Part shown: positions 29,529-40,364 of the stretch, in pieces
How positions within the stretch are numbered: the first letter of the stretch is position 1
Layout: each line of letters starts with the position of its first letter
Assembly (NCBI GenBank): GCA_040389165.1
Contig: JAZKAK010000003.1
Coordinates: 12,931 to 76,930 of the forward strand
Origin: Pseudomonadota bacterium
GTDB lineage: Bacteria > Pseudomonadota > Alphaproteobacteria > Paracaedibacterales > CAIOTO01
DNA length: 64,000 nucleotides
Reading direction: 5' to 3'
Notes under the pieces: generated by a model
What the model saw: only the letters and a program-made list of their open reading frames with translations
Databases searched by the model: none
Told to the model about the DNA's origin: nothing
Position numbers and translations under genes: made by a program

Positions 29529-29775
29529 TCTTTTTATTGGTTTTATGGCATATTTAAGATACTATACCGCGTAATGCTTCAATTTGTAAGCAAACTAAAA
29601 GTATTTTTAAAGAAAAACACTTTTTTTCATAAAAATAAGGGTAAAACACTTGAAAAATAAAAAATAATACCTAAATAAACTATTAGAGTTGTTTTTTAAG
29701 TTTTTTACATAATTAAATTTAACCAACTCGGTTTTTTAGTGAAAACCAAAAATTTAAAAATTAAGAGAGGTAATT

Positions 29776-30225
29776 ATGAAAGAGTCCTATTTTGACGTTG
29801 TTGTGATGATTGAACGTTTGCATCGCCTATTTCTAGAGGTTGTCAAAGGTGAATTAGATCGACAAGAAAAACTTGATATAACCAACGTTCAGGCGTTGAT
29901 CTTATATAATATCGGTAAAAACAGTCAGCTAACCGTTGGCGAGTTAACGAACCGTGGCTACTACCTTGGTTCAAATGTTTCTTATAATCTTCGCAAGATG
30001 GTTAAAAATGGTTATGTGAACCAAGTCCCATCTGCGCATGATCGCAGATCAAGTCATGTGCGCTTAACACCGAAAGGCACCGAGCTCTATGGCAAGATCG
30101 ATCAAGCGTTGGCAAAACAAACACAATTGTTTTCTAAGCAATTGGGTACGTCGATTGACTTGGATGCTTTTGGCAAAACACTACGCGTATTTGAAAACTT
30201 TTGGACATCGATTATCGATCGCTAG
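29776..30225 (+). CDS. MarR-family winged-helix transcriptional regulator
   Basis: 149 aa with an HTH/wing pattern (LTVGELTNRGYYLGSNVSYNLRKMVKNGYV...DRRSSHVRLTPKG). AGAGAGG RBS upstream. Confidence 0.75.
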   Translation: MKESYFDVVVMIERLHRLFLEVVKGELDRQEKLDITNVQALILYNIGKNSQLTVGELTNRGYYLGSNVSYNLRKMVKNGYVNQVPSAHDRRSSHVRLTPKGTELYGKIDQALAKQTQLFSKQLGTSIDLDAFGKTLRVFENFWTSIIDR

Positions 30226-30341
30226 AAATTTCAATGAATTTAGCGTCTACTGCAGAACGGCCACGACTACGGCCTAACTGCGGTAGATTTTTTTATATAG
30301 CCATTAATTTACAAGAACATTAACTTACAAGAAAAATAACG

Positions 30342-30683
30342 CTAAACGATTTTTATACGTAAACTATGTAGTCCCGTTTTAAATTCATCTGCCACGCTAT
30401 TGTAAACAAGCTGATGCTGCTTTACGCGTGATAAACCATTCAATATTTCTGCTGTAATTTCTAATGAAAAATGCGTCTCTAAGAGATCGCTAGTAGCATG
30501 CTTTTGATCACTCTGCCCGTGATCTATATCTTCTTGAATAAGCGTCTGTTGCAACTCCGTCACACCCTTATGCCCCTGATGCTGCGCTGATTCATCGACA
30601 AGCAACATATACGTTGGCGCCAATGCATTCGCTAGCAAATCAGACATGCGTGCTGCACGTGAATTAAACACGGTATAAGTCAT
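30342..30683 (-). CDS. BolA-family protein
   Basis: 113 aa with VDESAQHQGHKG ... THFSLEI ... L.RVKQHQLVY ... LHSLRIK, matching the BolA pattern, plus a short internal insertion. Confidence 0.65.
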   Translation of the reverse strand: MTYTVFNSRAARMSDLLANALAPTYMLLVDESAQHQGHKGVTELQQTLIQEDIDHGQSDQKHATSDLLETHFSLEITAEILNGLSRVKQHQLVYNSVADEFKTGLHSLRIKIV

Positions 30684-30883
30684 ATCATTTCCAAAAAAAT
30701 GCCATCACGCTTCGACAAGACACGTAATGGCAAAAAAAATCTCACATTAAGCAGGTGTCCGCCGTCATTGCGAAAAAACCTATGACTTTTGTGGCAATCC
30801 ATATACTTAAGACGGCCTGGATGGCCACGCCCTTCGGGCTCGCCATGACGGTAGAGTTAACGGTAGAGTTAACGGAAATGCTA

Positions 30884-32035
30884 TTAGCTCGCGCGCTTCA
30901 CAGCGACTTCGGCATTATCACACCCTAAAAATGTTTCCGCATTCACATAAGGCATACCCAAATCATGTGCAACAGCTTCGTGTGTTACATGACCTAAACA
31001 TACATTCAGACCGCGCATTAAATGAACATCATCTGATAATGCTTTTTTATAGCCTTTATCAGCTAACGCGAGCGCAAAGGGCAACGTTGCATTATTAAGC
31101 GCTAAAGCAGACGTACGTGCAACTGCACCTGGCATGTTGGTTACGCAATAATGAATTACATTATCAACTGTATAGTGTGGATTATCATGCGTTGTCGGAC
31201 GACTTGTCTCAAAACAACCACCTTGATCAATCGCCACGTCAACCATAACAGATCCAGGACGCATCTTCTTAACCGTAGCAGCAGTCACCAATTTTGGCGC
31301 AGCAGCACCAACAACAAGAACAGCACCTACAACCAAATCAGCCTCAGTTACCAGCTTCTCAATAATAGCGAATGTCGGTACAACCGTTTTAAGGCGACCC
31401 TCAAACATAGCATCGAGTTCTTGCAAACGACGTGGGCTGCGATCAACGATCGTCACGTCAGCACCCATACCAATCGCCATACGTGCTGCGTTTAGACCAA
31501 CAACGCCGCCGCCCAAGATAACAACTTTGGATGGAAGAACGCCTGGTACACCGCCGAGCAAGACACCCATGCCGCCTTGGCCTTTTTCAAGCAACCAAGC
31601 GCCAACTTGAACGGACATACGCCCAGCAACTTCACTCATAGGCGCAAGCAAAGGCAATCCGCCACGTGAATCTGTTACTGTTTCATAGGCAATCGCAACA
31701 CATTCAGATTTTGCAAGTGCTTTTGTTTGCTCAGGATCTGGAGCCAAATGAAGATACGTAAACAGAATTTGCTCTTTACGAAGCATTGCGCATTCACTTA
31801 ATTGTGGCTCTTTAACCTTTATAATCATATCTGCTTTTGCAAACACATCTGCTGCAGAGGGAAGAATCTGTGCGCCAACGGCCATGTAGTCTGCATCTGT
31901 AAAACCAATACCCAAACCCGCTTTTGTTTCCACAACAACAGTGTGTCCATGCCGCGTTAATTCATTAACAGATGACGGTACGAGGCCCACGCGATATTCA
32001 TGATTCTTAATTTCTTTTGGTACGCCGATAATCAT
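30884..32035 (-). CDS. ald: Alanine dehydrogenase
   Basis: 383 aa with N-terminus [18 protein letters not shown] and the Rossmann motif ILGGGVVG. Confidence 0.92.
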   Translation of the reverse strand: MIIGVPKEIKNHEYRVGLVPSSVNELTRHGHTVVVETKAGLGIGFTDADYMAVGAQILPSAADVFAKADMIIKVKEPQLSECAMLRKEQILFTYLHLAPDPEQTKALAKSECVAIAYETVTDSRGGLPLLAPMSEVAGRMSVQVGAWLLEKGQGGMGVLLGGVPGVLPSKVVILGGGVVGLNAARMAIGMGADVTIVDRSPRRLQELDAMFEGRLKTVVPTFAIIEKLVTEADLVVGAVLVVGAAAPKLVTAATVKKMRPGSVMVDVAIDQGGCFETSRPTTHDNPHYTVDNVIHYCVTNMPGAVARTSALALNNATLPFALALADKGYKKALSDDVHLMRGLNVCLGHVTHEAVAHDLGMPYVNAETFLGCDNAEVAVKRAS

Positions 32036-32282
32036 ATGATTACAATTCCTTTTAAAGAGGTTGATTTACAAAAAAGTTGCCTTAACATATCACTGTCATT
32101 TTCATTTGTCGAATATCTTTTGATGAAAAAGTCGTTCTTTTTCGCTTTCATACGCATCGGATTTCAAAATGTGTACTTTTAGCTTTAAGATTTTGTCACA
32201 GAAATTCGTTTTTGAAACGAACTTTATGAGGCAAAAGACAAAGAGCAAAAATCAACAGTTTGAGATGTGATGGGCACAGCAA

Positions 32283-33539
32283 CTACGCAGCCTGCTCATC
32301 CATCGACTCAGCGACCACCATGCCTGCTTTAGGAAAGGGAACCGTTACAATCTGAATGCCACCACTACTGTTTGGACAACTCATTTCAAGACTGCTGATT
32401 GGCTTTTTCAATAGCTCAAGTAATTTTGCGAAATCAGTACTTTCGTCTAAAAATGTATGTGTAAGTGAGATAAGTGTATGTATATTTTCTCTTGTATTAT
32501 TATCTATTGCTGCATGTGCGGATGGAATGGTGGGGTCAAATCGCCAGTAAGCACCACCTTTTGTTCTAAAGTTTTGACACGCACGGGTCATGTGATCTTC
32601 TTCAGCATATTGATAAGCATCCCAAATTATTTCTGCCATAATTTTTTCCCATCCGATAAAGCCAAGACCCTTGAGTGAATCATGTGATCTTGGTGTATCA
32701 GCAACACCTGTACCTAAAGAAACAACGTCAATATGTTCTGCTGTCTTAAAAAAATCGGCCACGATGTCATACCCCCGCATAGATGGATCACACGCACCTA
32801 ATCCACCATCAATATATGAATATGATGGTAATTGCGCCATGGAAACCCCAGCTTCGGAAACAGGTTTAATGAGCGCAGGTGCAAAATAGGTCGGCATTGC
32901 GCCTGATGCCAGAATTGCATCTTTAGCCTTAAATACACGGACTCCCCAACTCGACAACATTTCAACACGTTGCGTTTCTGTATTATTGACCATTAGAGCA
33001 TGCGGACACACGGTTTGATCTGTCGTTGTCTTCGGGTCAATATATTTATCACATACGATTCCCAGATTCGACGAAAGATACTTTGTCCCCATCCATCCAT
33101 CCAATGACCATTGGTTTTTTTCAAAGAGCGTGCCGCTTTCATTAATCAAAATTTCTGAACATTCTTTAGCTGAATACGCCTCATTTGTGCCGGGCTTTTT
33201 TGTTGACAGCAACGTTGTTAAAAGGCCACCAACAGAAGTTCCTATAATCGCATGAAATAATTCATGAGCTGGCTTACCTGTAGTCTCTTCCAGGCGCTGC
33301 AACATTGCTAGTGTAACCACACCGCGTATGCCGCCACCCTCTAATACCAAGACACGTGCATTTCTTTCTTCTACTACGCGCACAGAAGAACTTGATGGGA
33401 TCAATGAAGTTGAAGACGTATCTAATGCTGATCTACCGTCCTGAGCCTGCGCACTGGTTAAAAGCAGAGTACACACAGCAGAGCACAACGATGCTTTTTT
33501 AAACGTTTTCCTTGAAAAATCACGTACGTATAAATTCAA
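32283..33539 (-). CDS. Patatin-like phospholipase with Sec signal peptide
   Basis: 418 aa with signal ...LLLTSAQAQ. It has the oxyanion GGGIRG, the nucleophile elbow GTSVGG and a distal DGG. Confidence 0.85.
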   Translation of the reverse strand: MNLYVRDFSRKTFKKASLCSAVCTLLLTSAQAQDGRSALDTSSTSLIPSSSSVRVVEERNARVLVLEGGGIRGVVTLAMLQRLEETTGKPAHELFHAIIGTSVGGLLTTLLSTKKPGTNEAYSAKECSEILINESGTLFEKNQWSLDGWMGTKYLSSNLGIVCDKYIDPKTTTDQTVCPHALMVNNTETQRVEMLSSWGVRVFKAKDAILASGAMPTYFAPALIKPVSEAGVSMAQLPSYSYIDGGLGACDPSMRGYDIVADFFKTAEHIDVVSLGTGVADTPRSHDSLKGLGFIGWEKIMAEIIWDAYQYAEEDHMTRACQNFRTKGGAYWRFDPTIPSAHAAIDNNTRENIHTLISLTHTFLDESTDFAKLLELLKKPISSLEMSCPNSSGGIQIVTVPFPKAGMVVAESMDEQAA

Positions 33540-33705
33540 ATCCAGATACTTCTCCTTTTTAACGTAAACAGCGAAAACATAACGTTTTCATGAGTAAGCA
33601 TACGTAAAAAGTATTAATAAAAAGTTAACACAAATGTATGAAACGTAAAAGACAAGTATAAAACAAATACTAATTACGTGCGCGCGAATTTTAGCACTGA
33701 CGCAG

Positions 33706-33868
33706 CATGCTACCCGTCACTTTTATTTTTCTTACTGTCATTCCCGCGGAGGCGGGGATCCAGGCTGTTTAGCTCTCCCCAAACTCACGGTTTTTAAAGG
33801 GGCTTTTCTGGATTCCCGCCTCCGCGGGAATGACAAGGGTGGAGTGACAAAAAGTGACGGGTAGCATG
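33706..33868 (-). mobile_element. RE-B copy 3 (inverted orientation)
   Basis: Near-identical. Flanks are CTGACGCAG and CTGACGCAT (8/9 match). Confidence 0.8.
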
Positions 33869-34065
33869 CTGACGCATAGGCAAATAATGAAGCAGATAGG
33901 AATATAGTGGTTCACATATAAAATTGCGTATAAATTCACCATCAACGAGCCTCGTAAGGCGTGGTGATCCAAGAAAACAGCCACCGGATGTTCATCTCCC
34001 TTCGGGATTCGCCATGACGATAGCAGGAACGTCTATTTTGCGCGGAATGACCTGTAGGCAATAAA

Positions 34066-34695
34066 TCAAAGAATGGCCAAAAAAACCTTTATTGGCGCGT
34101 AGCTCTTTCTATGATAACGCGTCACACCAAAAGCGGTCAGGGCTTGCTGATGTTGTTTTGTTCCGTACCCCGCATTTTGATTCCACCCATAGGAAGGAAA
34201 CTCATAATGCAACGCGTCCATAATGCGATCGCGCGTAACTTTTGCAAGAATGGATGCTGTTGCTATTGAAAACGAGAGCTGATCTCCATGTTTAAGCAAT
34301 GTTGTTTGGTAGGGTAACTTAGGATCGCGGATACCATCAATAAGTAGATTGTCAGGAGACTTAACCAACCCCGTAACAGCACGTTCAAAAGCGAGAGGAA
34401 GTGCTTTTCGTAACAAGAGTGAGTCAAGTTCATCTACGCTTACAATTCCGACACTCCATATAATAGAGCGGTCGGAGGTGATTTCGTCAAAAAGATGAGC
34501 ACGTTTAGCACGTGTTAGTTTTTTCGAATCATTAATTTCTGTCATGTAGGTGGGAAGAATTTCAGGCAAAATAACGGCTGCAGCCACAAGCGGGCCAGCC
34601 CACGGACCGCACCCGGCTTCATCAAGCCCTGCAACAACGCCCCTAAGCTGCAGCTCATGAGCTAGGCTAGGACGCGTCTTCATTCGATTCAACAC
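34066..34695 (-). CDS. rnhB: Ribonuclease HII
   Basis: 209 aa with GLDEAGCGPWAGPLVAAAV and DSKKL motifs. Confidence 0.92.
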   Translation of the reverse strand: MLNRMKTRPSLAHELQLRGVVAGLDEAGCGPWAGPLVAAAVILPEILPTYMTEINDSKKLTRAKRAHLFDEITSDRSIIWSVGIVSVDELDSLLLRKALPLAFERAVTGLVKSPDNLLIDGIRDPKLPYQTTLLKHGDQLSFSIATASILAKVTRDRIMDALHYEFPSYGWNQNAGYGTKQHQQALTAFGVTRYHRKSYAPIKVFLAIL

Positions 34696-36034
34696 GCGTT
34701 ACCGATGTTTTCTTGCGTTGTTTTACAGCCTTATCCATTAGCCCTGAACTATCTTCACGTGAAGGAAGACACGCTGGTGCAGCAGATATTTCGCCTTTCA
34801 CCTCATTATTTCGGATTAACTTTAGCACTTTAAACAAAAAACTCTTTAAATAAAGGCGTATGCTCAACGTATTTGTTGTATCAGCAACGCTTTTGAGATA
34901 ACGCGCAAAAAGCAACCATAACGGACTAATTGCGAGCGAAAGTACGGTAAGACTAATAATAAGCTTTTCACCAAAAGGATTAATTACATCTGCCTCCAAA
35001 GCCACAGTTGTAAGCAAAAAGGCAAACTCACCAAGCTGTGCAATAAGTGCACTTACCATAAATGCTTGCGACCAAGGCAATTTCAAACAATGCAAAATAA
35101 GAACATTCAACAGTGTTTTTCCAACGGTAATAATAAGAAGGAGCCACAGCACAATATTAATGTGATCCCAGATAAATTGCACATCAAGCAACAAACCAAT
35201 TGACAGAAAGAAAAACATGATCAAAATGCTTTGTATCGGCTTTGTCGTTTCAATAAGAACGAGACGCTCGTGCGTGTTCCCAAGAATAAGCCCGGCAAGA
35301 AAAGCACCGTATGGGGCAGATAATCCAGCTTTTCCAGCAATAGCTGCGGCAATAAAACAAAAAGTCAAGCTCGCAAGTGCTGTTAGTTCTTTCTCTCCCG
35401 CAACAATTTTTGCAAGAGGAATACGAACACGTTGACGACGACTCAAATACGTAATGATGCCGATAATCAAACCGACAGAAACAAGTAATTTAATAAAAAT
35501 TTCAAAATTAAACCACGATTGACCAAAGTTACGAATAATAAGAATCATCGGGGCTATGGCAAGATCTTGTGCGATAAGAATACCAATGATTAATTGCCCG
35601 GTATCCGTCTTCATTTCCCCCATACTTTCCATCATCTTAACGACAACGGCCGTAGAGGATAATGTAGCCACAAATCCAATCAGCATACACAAGGCAAGTG
35701 TCCAATCAAAAAATGTGGACAAAATAATGGCGATCAAACTACTCAGAGCAATCTGCAGAAGTGTACACCAGGTTGCAATAACCCATACTTTTTTGAAGGA
35801 CCGTAGATTGAGTTCCATTCCAACAACAAACAACAGCAATAAAACACCGAGTTCAGCCAAAATCTCAACTGGGCCACGATTTGTGATGAGCATAAAAGCG
35901 GATGGGCCAAGCAATACGCCCGTTAAAATGTAACCAAGAATGGGGGGCTGCTTGAGGCGCGCAAGTACAAGACCGCCTGCGAGAGCAGCGGCGACGACGA
36001 TTGCAATTTGAGTAAGGCCAATGGTATCATGCAT
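34667..36034 (-). CDS. Monovalent cation:proton antiporter-2 (CPA2, Kef-type membrane domain)
   Basis: ORF runs to 36088. The likely start is ATG 36034 (MHDTIGLTQIAIVV...). It has about 12 TM segments and overlaps the rnhB start. Confidence 0.85.
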   Translation of the reverse strand: MHDTIGLTQIAIVVAAALAGGLVLARLKQPPILGYILTGVLLGPSAFMLITNRGPVEILAELGVLLLLFVVGMELNLRSFKKVWVIATWCTLLQIALSSLIAIILSTFFDWTLALCMLIGFVATLSSTAVVVKMMESMGEMKTDTGQLIIGILIAQDLAIAPMILIIRNFGQSWFNFEIFIKLLVSVGLIIGIITYLSRRQRVRIPLAKIVAGEKELTALASLTFCFIAAAIAGKAGLSAPYGAFLAGLILGNTHERLVLIETTKPIQSILIMFFFLSIGLLLDVQFIWDHINIVLWLLLIITVGKTLLNVLILHCLKLPWSQAFMVSALIAQLGEFAFLLTTVALEADVINPFGEKLIISLTVLSLAISPLWLLFARYLKSVADTTNTLSIRLYLKSFLFKVLKLIRNNEVKGEISAAPACLPSREDSSGLMDKAVKQRKKTSVTRVESNEDAS

Positions 36035-36122
36035 AAGGTATTCAGAATAGCATACACGGAAACGTGTTCCCACTATAAATGACATCAATTTGACGAATTG
36101 GTGCGATTTTTTAAGTTTCCCC

Positions 36123-37703
36123 TTATTTTACGCAAGATGCCGCCTGCTTAAAGGCATAGCGTCCTGGCGCTCGCTCGATTACCTCTTCTAAAATAATTTC
36201 GGTTTTAAAACAATCTTTCCCCAAATTGGGTCGCACCCACGCATGCCAATAGGTCCACCAAGAGCCTGTATGTTGAGTCGCTCCGGAAAGCCATTCATCT
36301 TCGTTTTTCGTCGGAATTTCACGTGTCTGATAGCCATATTTTTCTTGTGCTGGGGGATTAATAATTCCAGCCACATGTCCCGAGCCGCCCAAACAAAATG
36401 TAACGTGAGGAAAAATATGAACAGCCGAAAAGCATGATCTCCACGAGACAATATGATCTTTTTTTGTCCCAACAATAAAAACGGGACAGGTTATGGCGTC
36501 AATATCAACTTGCAAGCCTGCAATACTTTTTGATTTCAAAAGCAACGCGTTTTTCAGAAAAACATCACGAATATAGTCTAAATGCAATTTTCCAGGCACA
36601 TGTGTTGTATCAGCATTCCAAAAAAGGAAATCAAGTGGTTTTGGCATTTTTTCAAGGTAAACCTGATCAATCACAGCCTGTATGAGAACGTCATTCGCAC
36701 GTAGAAGCGCAAATATTCGTTGCATTTTATTACCATTAAGAAGACCTTCGTTTATTATATCGTCTTCAATAGAGTCAATTTGATCTTCACTTATAAAAAG
36801 CCGAAGCCCGTCGAGCTTCTCAAAATCAAAGGGCGTTGATAAAAAAGTGAGCGAAGAGATTAGCTCACGCTCCTGCTTAGCAAGCCAGCCTGCATAAACG
36901 GTGAGCGCCACGCCACCGATGCAATAACCAACAAAATTAAGGGAGAGCACATCAGCATGACTGAGCGCTTTTTCAACTGCTCTATGAATCCCCAAACAAA
37001 TATAATCAGAAAATGATCGGTCAAAAAAGGTGCGATCTGGATTAACCCACGAAATGCAATATACAGTAATATCATTACTATTCAGCCAATGAATATATGA
37101 ATTATTTTTACTTAAATCAAAAATGTAATATTTATTAATCCATGATGGTATAATAAAAACAGGTATTTCTTTCGCGACCTTGTTCTTTGCTGGATAACAA
37201 AGCAATTGGAGAAATTCATTCTCAAAAATAACATACCCCTCTGTTGTCGCAATTGTTTCACCCAAGCGAAATGGCCAGTCTTTCTGATAGTGGGGCAGAT
37301 CACATGCTCCTGTACTCATCAATAGCGCTGTCAACCCTTTTTCAAATGTTCCATTTGGATAAAAAGAGGGGTTCAATTTTGGATTCAGATAATTCAAGAG
37401 GAGTTGAATGAAAAACGAAAAACGTTTATAATCAAGAGATCCGGTGTCAGCTAGCATTAATAGATCTGTAAATCCAGCTTTCTTGACGTCAAAATTATGG
37501 ACGAGCAATGCCTTTGTTCGTGCTGTTTCCACTAAAAACACGAACTCTTCAGAAGCAGGATCGAATGAGAAGTCAACATGTGTAGAAAGTATTTTTTCAA
37601 TTGCCTTCAATGCTTTCCCATCCCCTGAGCTAACCAAAGTGGAAATTGCGACTAAACCTTCGTGAAGCGCCGCAGTAAATGCCAGTGAAGGAAATTGAAT
37701 CAT
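36123..37703 (-). CDS. phaC: Poly(3-hydroxyalkanoate) synthase
   Basis: 526 aa, alpha/beta hydrolase with the lipase-box-like GYCIGG and the distal His region GHVAGIINPP. Confidence 0.85.
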   Translation of the reverse strand: MIQFPSLAFTAALHEGLVAISTLVSSGDGKALKAIEKILSTHVDFSFDPASEEFVFLVETARTKALLVHNFDVKKAGFTDLLMLADTGSLDYKRFSFFIQLLLNYLNPKLNPSFYPNGTFEKGLTALLMSTGACDLPHYQKDWPFRLGETIATTEGYVIFENEFLQLLCYPAKNKVAKEIPVFIIPSWINKYYIFDLSKNNSYIHWLNSNDITVYCISWVNPDRTFFDRSFSDYICLGIHRAVEKALSHADVLSLNFVGYCIGGVALTVYAGWLAKQERELISSLTFLSTPFDFEKLDGLRLFISEDQIDSIEDDIINEGLLNGNKMQRIFALLRANDVLIQAVIDQVYLEKMPKPLDFLFWNADTTHVPGKLHLDYIRDVFLKNALLLKSKSIAGLQVDIDAITCPVFIVGTKKDHIVSWRSCFSAVHIFPHVTFCLGGSGHVAGIINPPAQEKYGYQTREIPTKNEDEWLSGATQHTGSWWTYWHAWVRPNLGKDCFKTEIILEEVIERAPGRYAFKQAASCVK

Positions 37704-37744
37704 AAAATTTATATTAAATTTAACAGTTATTGTGTAAGTGTATC

Positions 37745-38380
37745 ATGTTTAAAACCTTTGTAAATACGTTTCCAGCTGTACCACCTGAGATGTATCATAA
37801 AATCATACTTTATTACGAGATTCTCACCAAATGGAATCAGGCGCATAATCTTGTTCAACGTAACACCTTAGTTCCCAGTGAGTTTGAAAAACGTCATCTC
37901 ATTGATTGTTGGCAGCTTATTCCTCACTTTTCCAAGGAGCAGCCAATTTTAGATATAGGATCTGGCGCCGGCCTACCTGGTGTTTTACTTGCCATTGCAG
38001 GATTCAATGTCCACCTTTGCGAAATTGATCTCAACAAATTATCATTCTTAAAAGTATGCATTAGCCACCTTGAATTGAATTGCTCAACAAAACATAGTGA
38101 TGCAAATCTAATAACAGATAAATACACACACGTTTCATCTAGAGCTTTTTCAAAACTTTCCAATTTACTAAAAGTTCAATGGAATGTTTCACGTGAAACA
38201 AAAGGTGTTTATTTAAAAGGAGCTAACTATAAAAGCGAACTTGATGAAGCGGCACGTATGTGGGATTTTGAGGTTAAATTGATCAACAGCAAATCTTCAC
38301 ACGAAGGAATGATTTTGCTTGTAACTAAATTATCACCGAAAAACCATTGCTCCCATGAAGCCATATTGCAGATTAGATAG
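37745..38380 (+). CDS. rsmG: 16S rRNA (guanine527-N7)-methyltransferase
   Basis: Track ORF starts at TTG 37730, and the first ATG is 37745. SAM motif ILDIGSGAGLPG. It lies upstream of parAB, and a parS site is embedded near the 3' end. Confidence 0.88.
   Translation: MFKTFVNTFPAVPPEMYHKIILYYEILTKWNQAHNLVQRNTLVPSEFEKRHLIDCWQLIPHFSKEQPILDIGSGAGLPGVLLAIAGFNVHLCEIDLNKLSFLKVCISHLELNCSTKHSDANLITDKYTHVSSRAFSKLSNLLKVQWNVSRETKGVYLKGANYKSELDEAARMWDFEVKLINSKSSHEGMILLVTKLSPKNHCSHEAILQIR
38185..38200. promoter_or_regulatory. parS centromere-like site (inside rsmG coding region)
   Basis: Perfect 16-bp palindrome TGTTTCACGTGAAACA. This matches the conserved parS consensus TGTTNCACGTGAAACA. Confidence 0.9.
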
Positions 38381-38421
38381 CAACACTTACTTTCATGTCT
38401 GTTTTTGTCCGAAGATCCCTT

Positions 38422-38437
38422 TGTTTCACGTGAAACA
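38422..38437. promoter_or_regulatory. parS centromere-like site (rsmG-parA spacer)
   Basis: Second perfect TGTTTCACGTGAAACA, located 157 bp upstream of the parA ATG. Confidence 0.9.
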
Positions 38438-38593
38438 AAATTTATCCTCTGCAATCCTTTTTTTTATGTAAGTGGGTGTTAACTGCTAAAAAAACATGGT
38501 CAGAAAATCTATAGACTTCACATGCTGCGTAAATTATTGCATACTACTCATTAGGAGCTAGTATTATTGACCCCTAACAACTCAGGAAATTGT

Positions 38594-39370
38594 ATGACTG
38601 AAATTATTGTCATTGCCAATCAAAAAGGCGGTGTTGGAAAAACGACTACAGCAATTAATATTGCAACAGCACTGGCAGCAGTGGAAAAACGAGTATTGTT
38701 GATTGATATGGATCCGCAAGCGAATGCGTCAACGGGTCTTGGCTACACACGTAAGAGCTCAAACTCCTACACAATATATGATCTTCTAGTTGGAAGAGCC
38801 TCTATGGCCGACATAATACAAGCAACTTTTATTCCGGAACTATCAATAGTGCCATCATCTGTTGATTTGGTAGGGGCAGAAATTGAGCTTGTGCAAAAAG
38901 AAGGACGTCAAGAAATTCTTAAAAGAGCGTTGCAGCCACATCTTGAATCATTTGATTTTGTGGTCATTGATTGCCCACCTTCGATGGGGCTTCTTACGTT
39001 AAATGCGATGGTCGCAGCCACGTCTGTTATTGTTCCTCTGCAATGTGAATATTATGCACTTCAAGGGTTAAGTTATTTGCTTAATTCAATCCAGAAAATT
39101 CAAAAGAATTATAATTCTAAATTACAGCTTTTTGGAATCGTGCTAACGATGTTTGACAAGAGAAGCTCTCTTTGTACACAGGTAGCTGAAGATGTTCGTC
39201 AGCACTTAAAGAATAAAGTGTTTCAAACAGTCATACCACGAAATGTAAAAGTATCTGAGGCCCCTTCACACGGAAAGCCAGTTCTTGTGTATGACGTCAA
39301 CTGTCTTGGATCACAAGCCTACATGTCTCTCGCTAAAGAAATTCTAGATAAAGCAAAGGTTACCGCATGA
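38594..39370 (+). CDS. parA: Chromosome partitioning ATPase ParA
   Basis: Deviant Walker A NQKGGVGKTTT. ATG 38594 has AGGA 6 nt upstream (track ORF starts at TTG 38567). Confidence 0.93.
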   Translation: MTEIIVIANQKGGVGKTTTAINIATALAAVEKRVLLIDMDPQANASTGLGYTRKSSNSYTIYDLLVGRASMADIIQATFIPELSIVPSSVDLVGAEIELVQKEGRQEILKRALQPHLESFDFVVIDCPPSMGLLTLNAMVAATSVIVPLQCEYYALQGLSYLLNSIQKIQKNYNSKLQLFGIVLTMFDKRSSLCTQVAEDVRQHLKNKVFQTVIPRNVKVSEAPSHGKPVLVYDVNCLGSQAYMSLAKEILDKAKVTA

Positions 39371-40200
39371 CAAATCTTGTTGGAAAAGGGCTTGCCGCTC
39401 TCTTAGGCGATATTGCTGAATCAGCACGCGTAATTGAAAATGGCATTGAAAACACAAACAATCGAATTCCTCTCGATCACATAAGAGCTGGGCGTTTGCA
39501 GCCCCGTCAAGTTTTTGATGAGGATAAGCTTGCCGATTTAGTAGATTCTATTCGTAAGAATGGCGTATTACAGCCAATCGTTGTTCGCAAAATAGACAGT
39601 GACTTCTATGAAATCATCGCAGGAGAGCGTCGCTGGCGTGCGTCAGAAAGAGCTGGTCATAAAAGCATTCCTGCCGTCATTATTGACTGTACAGATACGG
39701 AAGCATTGCAACTTGGTTTAGTTGAAAATCTACAACGGGACGATCTTAATCCAATGGATGAGGCTGAAGCCTTTTTACGTCTCGCAGCTGATCATAACAA
39801 GACACAAGAAGAGATTGCACACGCTGTTAGCAAAAGCAGAAGTTATGTCGCGAATCAAATGCGTCTCAATAATCTAAGTGTTCATCTTAAAGAACTTGTG
39901 CGCGACCGAAAGATAACTCCTGGACATGCACGCAATCTTATTAATGATCCTAATGCTGAAGCTACAGCGAACAGAATCATGAATGAAGGTCTTAACGTTC
40001 GTCAAACAGAAGAAATTCGTCAGAAGAAGAACCTGCCCAATCAAACGCCACAGAGTGCAGATGCCGCTCTTCTTGCGCAGCAGCTTCAAGAGGTTCTTGG
40101 AATTAGAACAAAGATCACGACCTATCAAAGCGGCGGTACGTTAACTTTTTATTTCACAAGCTACGATCAACTTGATGATTTAATGCAAAAACTCTCGTAA
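39367..40200 (+). CDS. parB: Chromosome partitioning protein ParB
   Basis: 277 aa with the ParB box GERRWRA and an HTH region. The start overlaps the parA stop. Confidence 0.93.
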   Translation: MTNLVGKGLAALLGDIAESARVIENGIENTNNRIPLDHIRAGRLQPRQVFDEDKLADLVDSIRKNGVLQPIVVRKIDSDFYEIIAGERRWRASERAGHKSIPAVIIDCTDTEALQLGLVENLQRDDLNPMDEAEAFLRLAADHNKTQEEIAHAVSKSRSYVANQMRLNNLSVHLKELVRDRKITPGHARNLINDPNAEATANRIMNEGLNVRQTEEIRQKKNLPNQTPQSADAALLAQQLQEVLGIRTKITTYQSGGTLTFYFTSYDQLDDLMQKLS

Positions 40201-40291
40201 TATTAGTTTTAAGTTACTCACAGCTGGTTTAACCATTAGAAGTGACCTGGCATTGCGGTTCAGTGGACTGATCACCCCATGACCGCTTTGA

Positions 40292-40346
40292 CTTCATTCT
40301 CACCGAGCTTCATTCTCACCGAGCTTCATTCTCACCGAGCTTCATT
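40292..40346. repeat. Intergenic 16-bp tandem repeat, about 3.4 units
   Basis: (CTTCATTCTCACCGAG) x3 plus a partial unit, between the parB and TonB-receptor 3' ends. Confidence 0.85.
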
Positions 40347-40364
40347 GAAACAGATCGACCCATT

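Noticed and set aside
38381-38593. oriC adjacent to rsmG-parAB.
   Set aside because: Apart from the parS sites, I found only weak 7/9 DnaA-box-like matches (for example TTATCCTCT at about 38441) and no cluster or AT-rich unwinding repeats. Locating the origin needs whole-genome skew analysis.
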